A stretch of DNA of 64,000 nt from a virus (IMGVR_UViG_2974778117_000001:64001-128000), one strand, 5' to 3'; shown: positions 40,819 to 50,661, numbered from the stretch's first letter. Notes: generated by a model from the sequence alone, not told the origin. Translations and numbers: made by a program.

Positions 40819-43500
40819 ATGTTTTACACGTTCTGTGAGAAAGTAGGGAGCAGAATCTATCACCGGTACGTGACAGCCGATGGTGAGAGAAAGCAAGAAG
40901 TGGTATCTGAAGTGCCTCTGGAACTATTTATGAAGTCCCGTGACGGTGAGGTCCGCTCGCTGTATGGCGACCGTCTGAAGAGGTTCCAGTTCAACAGCAT
41001 CAGCGAAGCCGCCGACTTCGAGAAGCGCATGGAGGGGGTCGAGCCGATCTTCGGACAGACTGACCCAGTCCAGCAGTTCATTTCACAGAAGTACAAGGGC
41101 AAGATCAAGTTTGACTTCAACAAGTTCCGCATCCTCAACTTCGACATTGAAGTCCGGACTGACGGCTACGATGATGAAGACGAGGCGCAAGTCCGTCGCG
41201 TGTTCTCGAATGAAGCCGAGACCTGGACTGTCGGTGAGATTCGCAACTACGATGGTGCAGCGCAGTATGAAGTCTATGACCTCATGCACGATCGCTGGTA
41301 TCCGATTGAGAGCTGTCCTCAGTTGATGGTCGGCGGCTTCCCGGAAGCGGATGAAGCGAAGTATGAGATCACATCCATTGCGATGAAGATGTTCGGCAAG
41401 GACAAGAAGATCACCCTCGGTCAGAAGGACTATCAGCCGAAGGACAAGAATCAGATCTACACGCGATTCAACAGCGAGGCTGAACTGCTGCTGGAGTTCG
41501 TGAACATCGTGCGCATGCTGGACCCGGACATCCTGACCGGGTGGAACATCGAAGAATTCGACATTCCGTATGTCGTTCATCGTCTGCAGAAGCTGCACGG
41601 CGAAGAGACGGCGAATCGCCTCAGCCCGTTCCACAAGGACACGAAGAAGTGCCTGCAGCATTACATCGCTGACAAGGACAACGATATGCCGTCGTATCGC
41701 ATCCTGGGTGTGACGGTTCTGGACGGTCTCAAGCTGTTCAAGAAGTTCGTGCTCCGCAAGTACGAGAGCTATCGACTGGACTACATCGGTGAGTCGGTGG
41801 TCAAGGAACGCAAGATCGACTACAGCGAGTACAACAACGATCTGAACAAGCTGTATATGATGGACTTCGACAAGTTCATCGCATACAACGAGAAGGACGT
41901 TGAGCTGGTCGAGAAGATCGACAAGAACAAGCAGTTGATCCGACTTGCGATCACCATGATCATGATGACCAAGTCCAAGTACCGAGACGTCATGGGTAAG
42001 GTCAAGTTGTGGGACAACCTGATCTACAACATGCTCTTGGAAGACAACATCGTGATCCCTCCGGCGGTTCGTCGCAGATCGGAAGGTAAGATCATCGGTG
42101 CGTGGGTGAAAGACCCGGTGGCAGGTAAGTACCGATACGTTGTGTCGCTCGACTTGACATCGCTGTATCCTTCGATCTGTATGATGTACAACATGTCGCC
42201 AGAAACCCTGGTCCGTGAGGAGATGGGAACCCTTGACTATGTGACACGTTTGGTCGGCGGTGAGGATCTTGCGGTTGACATGAAGGCGAAGGGCTATTGC
42301 ATGGCGGCGAACGGTTCGGCTTACAGGCTGGACATTGTCGGCGTTCTACCTCGCGGAATGCGATACGTCTTCGACACGCGTCAAGACTACAAGAAGAAGA
42401 TGAAGGACGTCAAGCAGAAGCGAGAGGACGTTCTGGCTGCTGGCGGCAAGAACACAGACCCGGAATACATCGAGTGGGATGAACTGGTGTCGGAGTTCAA
42501 CGCGGCTCAGGAAGCAATGAAGGTGCTGGCAAACTCCGGTTACGGCGTGACGGCGCAGGACAGCTTCCGGTACTACAACCGCAGCATTGCCCAGGGTATC
42601 ACCTTGACGGGTCAGGTGACCATTCAGACGGTGGTGCTCAAGACGAACGAGTACCTCAACAAGCGATTCGGGACAACTCGAGATTACGTCATCACAGCGG
42701 ATACGGACTCAATGTATCTGGCTCTGGAGAACGTGCCGACGAATGCAACCGATGCAGCCGCTGCAATTGAAGAGCTTGACCAGTTTGTCGAGAAGGAGCT
42801 TCAGCCGTTCATCGATCAGACCTTCCGCGAGTTGTCGGATCGGATGGGATGCCCGAAGAACATGATGGATATGAAGCGCGAAGCTCTCTCGGACGTCGGC
42901 ATCTGGCGCGCCAAGAAGAACTACGTGCTGCGCGTTTGGGACATGGAAGGCGTCCGGTACGCGGAACCGGAAATGAAGATGATGGGTATCGAGACTGCCA
43001 AGAGCTCGACACCGATGATCGTCCGCAAGGAGCTGGAAGAGTGTCTGAAGATCATGTGCTCCGGCACCGAGAAAGAACTTCAAGATGAGCTTGCCCGGTT
43101 CAAGAAGGTCTATTACAATAGTGGAATCGAGGAGATTGCCAAGCCGCTCGGTGTCTCGGACCTGACCAGCTATTCACTCAATGACAAGCGAATCCCGTAT
43201 CAGAGCAAGGCAGCGATCCTGCACAACAAGCTGATCCAAGAGAAGGGGCTGAGCAAGACCGTCGAGCGAATCAGAAACGGCAACAAGGTGAAGCTGATCC
43301 TGTTGAAGGAGCGTAACCCGCTCCGGAACAAGTACATTGCCTTCATCGGTGAGTTGCCGAAGGAGTTTGGTCTGGACGAGTATGTGGATTATGATGGTCA
43401 GTATGAATCGACCTTCATGAGTCCGGTGAAGTCGTTCACCGATCTGATCGGTTGGAAGACAGAACAGATCTCGAGCTTGGAAGATCTTTTCGGTTGGTAA
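40819..43500 (+). CDS. Family B DNA polymerase gp43
   Basis: FDIE, TGWN...FDIPY, YN..DV, DLTSLYPS, K...NS.YG, DTDS, KKNY, MGIE. Confidence 0.97.
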   Translation: MFYTFCEKVGSRIYHRYVTADGERKQEVVSEVPLELFMKSRDGEVRSLYGDRLKRFQFNSISEAADFEKRMEGVEPIFGQTDPVQQFISQKYKGKIKFDFNKFRILNFDIEVRTDGYDDEDEAQVRRVFSNEAETWTVGEIRNYDGAAQYEVYDLMHDRWYPIESCPQLMVGGFPEADEAKYEITSIAMKMFGKDKKITLGQKDYQPKDKNQIYTRFNSEAELLLEFVNIVRMLDPDILTGWNIEEFDIPYVVHRLQKLHGEETANRLSPFHKDTKKCLQHYIADKDNDMPSYRILGVTVLDGLKLFKKFVLRKYESYRLDYIGESVVKERKIDYSEYNNDLNKLYMMDFDKFIAYNEKDVELVEKIDKNKQLIRLAITMIMMTKSKYRDVMGKVKLWDNLIYNMLLEDNIVIPPAVRRRSEGKIIGAWVKDPVAGKYRYVVSLDLTSLYPSICMMYNMSPETLVREEMGTLDYVTRLVGGEDLAVDMKAKGYCMAANGSAYRLDIVGVLPRGMRYVFDTRQDYKKKMKDVKQKREDVLAAGGKNTDPEYIEWDELVSEFNAAQEAMKVLANSGYGVTAQDSFRYYNRSIAQGITLTGQVTIQTVVLKTNEYLNKRFGTTRDYVITADTDSMYLALENVPTNATDAAAAIEELDQFVEKELQPFIDQTFRELSDRMGCPKNMMDMKREALSDVGIWRAKKNYVLRVWDMEGVRYAEPEMKMMGIETAKSSTPMIVRKELEECLKIMCSGTEKELQDELARFKKVYYNSGIEEIAKPLGVSDLTSYSLNDKRIPYQSKAAILHNKLIQEKGLSKTVERIRNGNKVKLILLKERNPLRNKYIAFIGELPKEFGLDEYVDYDGQYESTFMSPVKSFTDLIGWKTEQISSLEDLFGW

Positions 43501-43504
43501 GTAC

Positions 43505-43527
43505 AGTGCGGAGACAACCTCCGCACT
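43505..43527 (+). terminator. Stem-loop after gp43
   Basis: AGTGCGGAG-loop-CTCCGCACT. Confidence 0.55.
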
Positions 43528-43543
43528 AAAATCTGGAGCTAAA

Positions 43544-44629
43544 ATGGCAAATCAAAGTCTGGCTGAACGCATTCTCAAAAACTCTGTGATCAAGGAAGCA
43601 GCGGTCCTTGACAAGTCCCAATTCTTCAAGAAGAAGGACCTGGTGCGCACAATGATTCCGCTGCTGAACCTCGCCCAGTCGGGTGAGCTGGATGGTGGGT
43701 TTGGTTCGGGCTTGACTGTCTGGGCTGGTCCGTCGAAGCACTTCAAGACCTCTCTGCTGCTGGCAAGTCTGAAAGCGTATCTGGACAAGTTCTCGGACGC
43801 AGTTGCAATCTTCTACGATTCGGAATTCGGTACGCCGCAGAGCTACTTCACGTCGTTCGGCATCCCGCTGGATCGTGTCATTCACATTCCGATCACCAAC
43901 ATCGAGATGCTGAAGTTCGACATGATGCAGCAGCTGGAAGGCTTGCAAAAGGGCGACAAGGTCTTCATCGCGGTCGACTCGGTCGGCAACTTGGCGTCGA
44001 AGAAGGAAGTGGAAGACGCGATCAACGAGAAGTCCGTTGCGGATATGACCCGCGCGAAGGCACTGAAGTCGCTGTTCCGAATCGTGACCCCATACTTCAC
44101 CTTGAAAGACATCCCGTGTCACGTGGTCAACCACACGTACAAGACTCAGGAGATGTATTCCAAGGACGTCGTGTCGGGTGGTACTGGTATCTACTACTCG
44201 GCGGACAACATCTTCATCATCGGTCGTCAGCAGGACAAGAAGGATGACGAGCTGTTGGGTTATCGCTTCATCCTGCGCGCTGAGAAGAGCCGCTACGTGC
44301 GAGAGGGCTCCAAGTTCCCGCTGACCGTGTCCTTCGACAAGGGTATCAGCAAGTGGTCGGGTCTGCTGGATCTGGCACTGGAAACTGGTCACGTGGTCAA
44401 GCCGTCGAATGGTTGGTACTCACACGCGGGCGACGACAAGAAGCTCCGCCTGAACCAGACCGAAACCTCCGAGTTCTGGCTGCCGATCCTGACTGGCACC
44501 GACTTCGCCGAAAAGCTGAAAGAGAAGTTCCAGCTGTCGCTGAGCCAGATGATCGAAGCGGGTGACATCGACTACGCCACTGGAGAAGTCCTGAAGCGCG
44601 AAGAGGATGAGGAAGATGACGCCGATTGA
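43544..44629 (+). CDS. uvsX: RecA-like recombinase
   Basis: AGPSKHFKT, YDSEFG, DSVGNLASKKE, DMTRAK, SGGTG..YSAD. Confidence 0.97.
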   Translation: MANQSLAERILKNSVIKEAAVLDKSQFFKKKDLVRTMIPLLNLAQSGELDGGFGSGLTVWAGPSKHFKTSLLLASLKAYLDKFSDAVAIFYDSEFGTPQSYFTSFGIPLDRVIHIPITNIEMLKFDMMQQLEGLQKGDKVFIAVDSVGNLASKKEVEDAINEKSVADMTRAKALKSLFRIVTPYFTLKDIPCHVVNHTYKTQEMYSKDVVSGGTGIYYSADNIFIIGRQQDKKDDELLGYRFILRAEKSRYVREGSKFPLTVSFDKGISKWSGLLDLALETGHVVKPSNGWYSHAGDDKKLRLNQTETSEFWLPILTGTDFAEKLKEKFQLSLSQMIEAGDIDYATGEVLKREEDEEDDAD

Positions 44630-44855
44630 GATTGGACAGGCAATCCTGGACGTCTTGAATCGAGGCGATGAAGTCCGCGTGACATTCACCAAGAAGGACG
44701 GGTCTGAGACGACCCGTTCCTTCGGCAGGGGCAAGGACTTCGTACCCAATGGACCCCGATTGACAGAAGACACAAAGTATTTGAATCTCTGGTCGATTGA
44801 TGACGCGGGTTATCGTACAATCATACTCGAGTCGATCAAAATGGTGGCTTGCTAA
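44616..44855 (+). CDS. Small SH3/WYL-like hypothetical protein
   Basis: VTFTKKDGS..TR ... W.ID..GYR pattern. Confidence 0.55.
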   Translation: MTPIEIGQAILDVLNRGDEVRVTFTKKDGSETTRSFGRGKDFVPNGPRLTEDTKYLNLWSIDDAGYRTIILESIKMVAC

Positions 44856-45109
44856 TGCAGATCTACGTACATGAGGCAACCGAGAATTCCATCTCGGTGG
44901 TGAACATTGAGTATCCGGAGTTCCGGCATACTTTCAGAGAAATCCGGGTGGAACCGGAGGGAGTGACTGCCGTCCATTCTGTCGAAATCAGCGAGCAGGA
45001 AGTCGGTAAGTACAATGGCGATGACCAGGAGCAATTCCTGGAAGACCAAGGGACTGAGATCTTGAACGAGTTGATCAAGATCATTGACCGACAGTCGCAA
45101 GTCGCGTAA
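44855..45109 (+). CDS. Hypothetical acidic protein
   Basis: Coupled start (TAATG), ~84 aa. Confidence 0.55.
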   Translation: MQIYVHEATENSISVVNIEYPEFRHTFREIRVEPEGVTAVHSVEISEQEVGKYNGDDQEQFLEDQGTEILNELIKIIDRQSQVA

Positions 45110-45139
45110 ACTATATTCCACGTCAACCAAGGAAACAAT

Positions 45140-45828
45140 ATGGCATTGCAGAAACACAAGTGTGATCCGGCTCTCGGCGCTCGCGTCTTTGAGCACCTGA
45201 AGCAGAAGGGTTTGCACACCCCAGTCGTGGAAGAAGCTCTCTTCCAACATGAAGGCAGCAAGATCGACAAGATCGAAGCGCTGCAAACCCAGGTTCTGAA
45301 CTGCTGGGTCTTGACCTCTCCGATGACAGTCTGATCGAGACTCCCCGACGCATTGCCAAGATGTACGTCAGCGAGCTGTTCTGGGGCCTGCATCCGGATC
45401 ACTTCCCGAAGTGTACCACGGTCGAAAACAAGATGCGCTACGATGAAGTCGTCATCGAGAAGGCATCCGTGAAGTCGGTGTGTGAGCATCACTTCGTGTA
45501 CTTCGGCACCAGCCACCGCCCGGACCTGGGATGCTGGATCGCGTATGTCCCGAAGGAGAAGGTGCTTGGTCTGTCGAAGATCAATCGCATCGTCGAGTAC
45601 TTCGCTCGTCGTCCGCAGATTCAGGAACGCCTGACCGAGCAAATCGCCGAGACCCTGAAGTTCATCCTGGAAACGGATGACGTCGCGGTCGTGATGAAGG
45701 GTCAGCACTTCTGTGTTCTGACTCGCGGTGTGGAAGACTCGGACGGTATGACCATCACCAGCGCGCTGCACGGTCGATTCCGTGACGAACTGCCGATGCG
45801 TCAGGAACTGATGAGTCTGGTACGATGA
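45140..45828 (+). CDS. folE: GTP cyclohydrolase I (apparent deletion near 45298)
   Basis: Corrected LGLDLSDDSL.ETP.RIAKMY; S.CEHH, GLSK..RIV..FARRPQIQERLT, H.C...RGV. Confidence 0.95.
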
Positions 45829-46022
45829 CCGATCTCTCGATCAAGGTCGAGCAAGAGATGGTATATGCAAGTCCCCGGAAGCTGAGAGGTTTCCGGGTGA
45901 CTCGCAGGAAAGGGAATCGGAAGTTCATCTTCCGCGTTCCATGGGTGATGGAAGAAGTGCAACCCATCCGCGCCTACTACTCAGGCAATTCCGCTCTGAG
46001 ATCAATGCGCGTTAACAACTGA
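45825..46022 (+). CDS. Hypothetical basic protein in the modification cluster
   Basis: 65 aa, ATGA-coupled to folE. Confidence 0.5.
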   Translation: MTDLSIKVEQEMVYASPRKLRGFRVTRRKGNRKFIFRVPWVMEEVQPIRAYYSGNSALRSMRVNN

Positions 46023-46041
46023 AATAACTGGAGATTTGAAA

Positions 46042-47292
46042 ATGAGCAAGATCAAAGTAGCTGTCGTTGGTGTTGGTAACTGCTTCTCGTCCCTGTATCA
46101 GGGTGTTGGCTACTACAGCAACCGTCCCGATGAAGTGATCTCGGGCATCGCCCATGTGGACATTGGTGGCTACAAGGCTACTGATCTGGAGTTCGTCCTT
46201 GCTATCGACGTTGATCACCGCAAGGTGGGGCAGTCGCTGAGTGACGCGATCTTCGCAGAACCGAACGTCGCGCGTGTGTTCCACACCGAGCCGGCTCCGG
46301 GCGCAAATCCGATTGTCAAGATGGGTGCTCGTCTGGATGGTGTCTCGACGTTCATGGAAACCGAACCGGCAAGCCGTGGCTTCCGCCCGGTCCCGACCGA
46401 CGAGCCGACCGAAGCCGCCAAGGCGCGACTGGTTGAACACCTGCGTTCCAGCGGTGCGGACGTTCTTCTGAACTACCTGCCGGTCGGATCGAATCAGGCA
46501 ACTGAGTTCTACGCTGAGTGTGCACTGGAAGCGGGCGTGAGCTTCATCAACAACATCCCGGTGCTGAACCTGAACCATCCGGATTGGGAAGACCGCTTCA
46601 TCGACGCAGGCATTCCCTACATCGGTTCGGACATCAAGAGCCAGTTCGGCGCTTCGATCCTGAGCCAGATGCTCCAGGAGCTGGCGTTCGACCGCGGTAT
46701 GGAAGTTGACTTCCATCAGCAGCTGAACGTGGGTGGCAACACCGACTTCAACAACATGATGGTTCAGAGCCGTCTGCTGGATAAGAAGGTCTCCAAGGAG
46801 AACGTGATCCGTGCTCAGAATGACCTGCGAGACATCCCGGTCAATGAGGATGCACTGTTCGCCGGTCCGTCCACCTACATCCCGTACCTGAAGGACAACA
46901 AGGTCGCCTACTTCAACCTTCGCCTGCGCGGTTTCGGTGGCGCTCCGGTGGATGTGGACGTCAAGCTGTCGGTGCAGGATTCGGAGAACAGCGCGGGCGT
47001 CGTGATTGATGCGATCCGATTCATCAAGGTGGCACGTGAGCTGGGCATTCGTGGTTGCCTGCGTGGACCGAGCGCGTTCACCCAGAAGTCGCCGCCGAAG
47101 CAGCTGACCATGGAAGAAGCTAAGTACGAGTGTGACGCACTGGCGAATCGCAAGCTGACCCCGATCACCAAGCGTCAGCTGACGAACCGGTCGGCAAAGG
47201 AATTCGCTCGTCAGGAGCTTGCCGAAGGCGGAATGGACTACTTGCGCGTGTTGGACAAGAAGCGCCAGTCGAATGCAGAGCGTGGAATTTAA
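46042..47292 (+). CDS. ino1: Myo-inositol-1-phosphate synthase
   Basis: GVGNC.SSL.QG, NYLPVGS, G.DIKSQ.GA, QLNVGGNTDF, KK.SK, DS.NSAGV.IDA.R, KSPP. Confidence 0.93.
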   Translation: MSKIKVAVVGVGNCFSSLYQGVGYYSNRPDEVISGIAHVDIGGYKATDLEFVLAIDVDHRKVGQSLSDAIFAEPNVARVFHTEPAPGANPIVKMGARLDGVSTFMETEPASRGFRPVPTDEPTEAAKARLVEHLRSSGADVLLNYLPVGSNQATEFYAECALEAGVSFINNIPVLNLNHPDWEDRFIDAGIPYIGSDIKSQFGASILSQMLQELAFDRGMEVDFHQQLNVGGNTDFNNMMVQSRLLDKKVSKENVIRAQNDLRDIPVNEDALFAGPSTYIPYLKDNKVAYFNLRLRGFGGAPVDVDVKLSVQDSENSAGVVIDAIRFIKVARELGIRGCLRGPSAFTQKSPPKQLTMEEAKYECDALANRKLTPITKRQLTNRSAKEFARQELAEGGMDYLRVLDKKRQSNAERGI

Positions 47293-47314
47293 CCTTTAGA
47301 ATCAAGAGGTTACG

Positions 47315-47338
47315 TTGAAGGGTCTTCGGACCCTTCAA
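47315..47338 (+). terminator. UUCG hairpin after ino1
   Basis: TTGAAGGGTC-TTCG-GACCCTTCAA. Confidence 0.7.
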
Positions 47339-47405
47339 ACGTCTTTACCCTTTGAAATCAAGTAGTTATCAAATTCCGCTTAAGAATTAGCCATGAGGGA
47401 CTATA

Positions 47406-47777
47406 ATGAGAGCGCAACACTCCTTTGACATTGACGGCGTGATCAGCATTGGCATCCGCCCCAGCCCCGGAGCAATCATCATCACCGGGCGCAGCTATGA
47501 AGAACGTGCCGAAACGGAAGCGTATCTGAAACACCTTGGCATCAGCAACGATGTCTTTTACAATCCTTTGAAGTGGTCGGAGAAGTCTCGGACCTCGTCG
47601 GGCGAGCACAAGGCGGAGATCATCAACCTGCAGGGAGTCACCCGTCATTTTGAGGATGACCCGGTACAGGCACAAGTGATCCGCGAACGCTGCCCCAATT
47701 GCTACGTTGTCGAGATTGTCTCCGATCTGGTGGAGCTCGAGAACGTGCGTCATACCTTCACGGGAGAACCGAATTGA
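47406..47777 (+). CDS. Small HAD-superfamily phosphatase
   Basis: Motif I FDIDG, motif II ITGR, motif III K, motif IV HFEDD. Confidence 0.8.
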   Translation: MRAQHSFDIDGVISIGIRPSPGAIIITGRSYEERAETEAYLKHLGISNDVFYNPLKWSEKSRTSSGEHKAEIINLQGVTRHFEDDPVQAQVIRERCPNCYVVEIVSDLVELENVRHTFTGEPN

Positions 47778-48523
47778 GTAAGAAGATCCTGATCCTGTAC
47801 AGTGGTGGCTTGGATTCCATGATGATGGAGAAGCTGGCACAGTGGACCAACCCGACCGCCGAGATCACCTGCGTGTTCTATGAGCATGGTCAGGACAGTC
47901 TGGAAGCTGAGATTGCAGCGTTGCCGTGGTATGTCAAGCGTCGCAAGCTCGACTGGTTGGACGGAGAAGTGAAGGCAGTCCCCAAGAAGTCTGATCCGTT
48001 CGCGGGTGCGATCTACATCCCGGGACGTAATCTGGTGTTCGCAGTCACCGCAGCGTCGCAGTTCCTCCCGGACGAGATCTGGATGGGAACTCTGTTCGAT
48101 GAATGCAACGAGCAGGCAACCGATAAGAACAACATCTTCCTGGAGAAGACCAACGCGGTTCTCAAGTATGTCCTGAGTCCGTTCGGTAATCCGGTCGTCA
48201 AGTTCCCGTTCGTGGAGCGCGGCTGGACCAAGACTGATGCCCTGGGTTGGCTGCTTGCCAGAGGCGTTGTAAGTAAAGAGGACATTGCGAAGACCACTTC
48301 ATGCTGGCACAATGACGGTCTCCCTTGCGGTGAATGCAAGCAGTGTCTGAAGCGCGCACTGATCATGGATCAGTTCGATATCTATGAACACCATGCCGGA
48401 CTCCACCCGCTCGACCCGACCAACAAGTTCTGTGCTGATCTGATCGAACAGTATGAAGCATGTCTGGAACCGAACATTGACGAGCGCGAAGTCCAGCGAT
48501 TGATCCGAAGCTGGAGAGCTTGA
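47774..48523 (+). CDS. queC: 7-cyano-7-deazaguanine synthase-like
   Basis: PP-loop YSGGLDS, YIPGRNL, T.SC....PCG.C..C..R zinc motif; TTG start coupled to the HAD stop. Confidence 0.88.
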   Translation: MSKKILILYSGGLDSMMMEKLAQWTNPTAEITCVFYEHGQDSLEAEIAALPWYVKRRKLDWLDGEVKAVPKKSDPFAGAIYIPGRNLVFAVTAASQFLPDEIWMGTLFDECNEQATDKNNIFLEKTNAVLKYVLSPFGNPVVKFPFVERGWTKTDALGWLLARGVVSKEDIAKTTSCWHNDGLPCGECKQCLKRALIMDQFDIYEHHAGLHPLDPTNKFCADLIEQYEACLEPNIDEREVQRLIRSWRA

Positions 48524-49734
48524 TGAAGATTGGATACGAATACGTGATGTCGGGTCTAGGATACACCCGCATCAAGGGAACGCACCTGATTGATTGGACG
48601 CATCACAAGTTCGAGCGTGACTTCCATGATTCCAAGTTTGCGATCCTGTACAACGCATTCACAGAAGCAGAGTATGGACGTCGATTCAAGGACGTCCATT
48701 GCAACGTGTATGCCGACTCGGGCGGTCTGCAGATGATGACCCGAAACCTCGGAATCACGCCGGAACTGAAGGACAAGGTCTATCAGAACCAGTCCGACTG
48801 TTCGCAGTTCGCCATGTGCTTTGACGAGATTCCTCTCCGCAAGGCAGAAGATAAGGGCAAGATCGGCAGCCAGCAGGGTCGCTTCTTTGATCGAACCCTG
48901 ATCAAGGAGAAGGCAACCGAGACCGCGCTGAACATCCGTCGTCAGATCGAGCTCTTTGAGGAGACTGGCACGGCGGCGCGTCCGGTGGCAATTATCCAAG
49001 GCAACTGTGCCGAGACGATGCTGGAATGGGCTGATGTGTTGTTCGATCAGGTCGGCGACAAGGCTGACAAGATCGCATCGGTGGCTATCTCCGGTATCTG
49101 CATTGGCAACAAGACGATGGAGGAACTGGAACGCAGCTTTGTGTTCAGTCAGATCCATCGGAACTACAAGATCGATCACCTCCACTTGCTGGGAGTCGGA
49201 TCGGTCAATCGTGTGTCACCGTTTGTGGTCTTCGACCGCTTGCTGGAACGAGACATCTTGATCAGCTATGATAGCACGTCGCACGTCCAGTCGACAACCT
49301 ACGGCTATCACTTCTGGGAAGAAGGTCTCGTCAAGATCCAGAAGGGCTACTACCACAAGTGGGATGACATGGCGGCGCGTATCGCCGAGTTCTCGGAAGG
49401 CACGTTCGTTGTTGATGGTCCGGAGCTGTACAAGCTCTGCAACACCAACATCAAGGGCATGACCGACGAACAGAAGGACAAGGTACGCGATGCATTGTTC
49501 ATGATGGCGGCAATTCAGGCATACAAGATGTCTGACTTCGTGGAACGGACATGCAAGGACTTCGAGAGCAGCCTGATCCATCACGATCAGCACTTGTGGC
49601 TCCCATTGCGAGCACTTCACGATGATGTGTCGACGGTGCAGGACTTCAATCAGTGGCGTCGGGACTTCCAGCGCTACATCCCGACAAGTCGTGTATCTTC
49701 TTCGCATAACTCCTTGGATGACCTGTTCGGTTAA
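48520..49734 (+). CDS. dpdA: TGT-fold deazapurine-DNA transglycosylase (DpdA/DpdA2-like)
   Basis: ADSGGLQ, FDEIP, IIQG, HLHLLGVG, SYDST; inside the folE/queC/queE cluster. Confidence 0.8.
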   Translation: MMKIGYEYVMSGLGYTRIKGTHLIDWTHHKFERDFHDSKFAILYNAFTEAEYGRRFKDVHCNVYADSGGLQMMTRNLGITPELKDKVYQNQSDCSQFAMCFDEIPLRKAEDKGKIGSQQGRFFDRTLIKEKATETALNIRRQIELFEETGTAARPVAIIQGNCAETMLEWADVLFDQVGDKADKIASVAISGICIGNKTMEELERSFVFSQIHRNYKIDHLHLLGVGSVNRVSPFVVFDRLLERDILISYDSTSHVQSTTYGYHFWEEGLVKIQKGYYHKWDDMAARIAEFSEGTFVVDGPELYKLCNTNIKGMTDEQKDKVRDALFMMAAIQAYKMSDFVERTCKDFESSLIHHDQHLWLPLRALHDDVSTVQDFNQWRRDFQRYIPTSRVSSSHNSLDDLFG

Positions 49735-49768
49735 GCGATAATCATAGAACGAAATAGGAGAGTACATC

Positions 49769-50661
49769 ATGGCAAAGTTTGAAGTATCCGAAGTGTTCAT
49801 GTCGTTGGAAGGTGAGGCACAATTCACCTTCCATCCGACTGCATACATTCGGTTTGCACGGTGCAACCTGAGTTGCCCGTTTTCAACAACCCGGAACGTG
49901 AGAAGACGCCGACCGGGTATGCGCCGCTGACCTTCGACCCGAAGGATTACAGCAAGCTGGAAGAAATTCCGCTGATCACCAAGGGTTGCGATTCGCAGTA
50001 TGCGGTGAACCCGATCTTCTCTCACATGTGGAAGAAGCTGGAAGCGGACGAGCTGGTTGATGAGTTGCTCTCGGTGATTCCGGGTAACAAGCTGGTGTAT
50101 GACACGGGTTTGCCGGTGATCGTGAGTCTGACTGGCGGTGAGCCGACGCTGAAGTGGAAGCAGCTTCCAGAGATCATGTTCCATGAGAAGATGAAGGATT
50201 GCAAGCACTTCTTGGTCGAGACCAATTGCGCCGTCCCATTCAAGGACGAGTTCATCAGTCAGATCCACAAGTGGCTCAACGAGGATGACAGTCGTCAGTG
50301 GACGTGGTCGAACAGTCCGAAGCTGAACTCCAGCGGTCACACCCGAACCGAGGCGATCAAGCCTGCGATTGCTCTGATGCAATCGGCGTTGTTCAAGTCC
50401 AACGCTGGTCAGATCAATCAGTATTTCAAGTTCGTGGTAGACGGTTCGGAAGAAGACTACGCGGAAGTGAAAGAGGTCATGAAGATCTATCATGACGCTG
50501 GTCTGGCTCTGGACACTCCGATCTGGATCATGCCTCAGGCTTGCACGCAGGAACAGCAAGTGGAGCTGGCGCGATCAGTTGCACGTCGCTGCATGGTCGA
50601 AGGCTGGCTGTACTCACATCGTGTTCAGAATGACCTCTGGGGTAATGGAGTTGGCACTTGA
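49769..50661 (+). CDS. queE: 7-carboxy-7-deazaguanine synthase, radical SAM (apparent deletion near 49882)
   Basis: E.F.SLEGE, IRF..CNL.C...GCDS, LTGGEP, ETN, SPKL..SG, KFVV, IMP, S.R.Q..LWGN..G. Confidence 0.9.

Noticed and set aside
41150-41345. Intein in the DNA polymerase
   Set aside because: Too short, and lacks intein terminal residues and splicing blocks.
48520-49734. Canonical tRNA-guanine transglycosylase (queuosine tRNA pathway)
   Set aside because: It lacks the C-terminal CxCxxC zinc motif of bacterial Tgt, no queA/queF/queG is nearby, and it sits among replication genes; a DNA-acting DpdA is more likely, though not proven.
49216-50559. Long antisense ORFs (e.g., 447 aa here, 375 aa opposite gp23, 325 aa opposite gp46)
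   Set aside because: Shadow frames of well-supported plus-strand genes, produced by strong codon bias.
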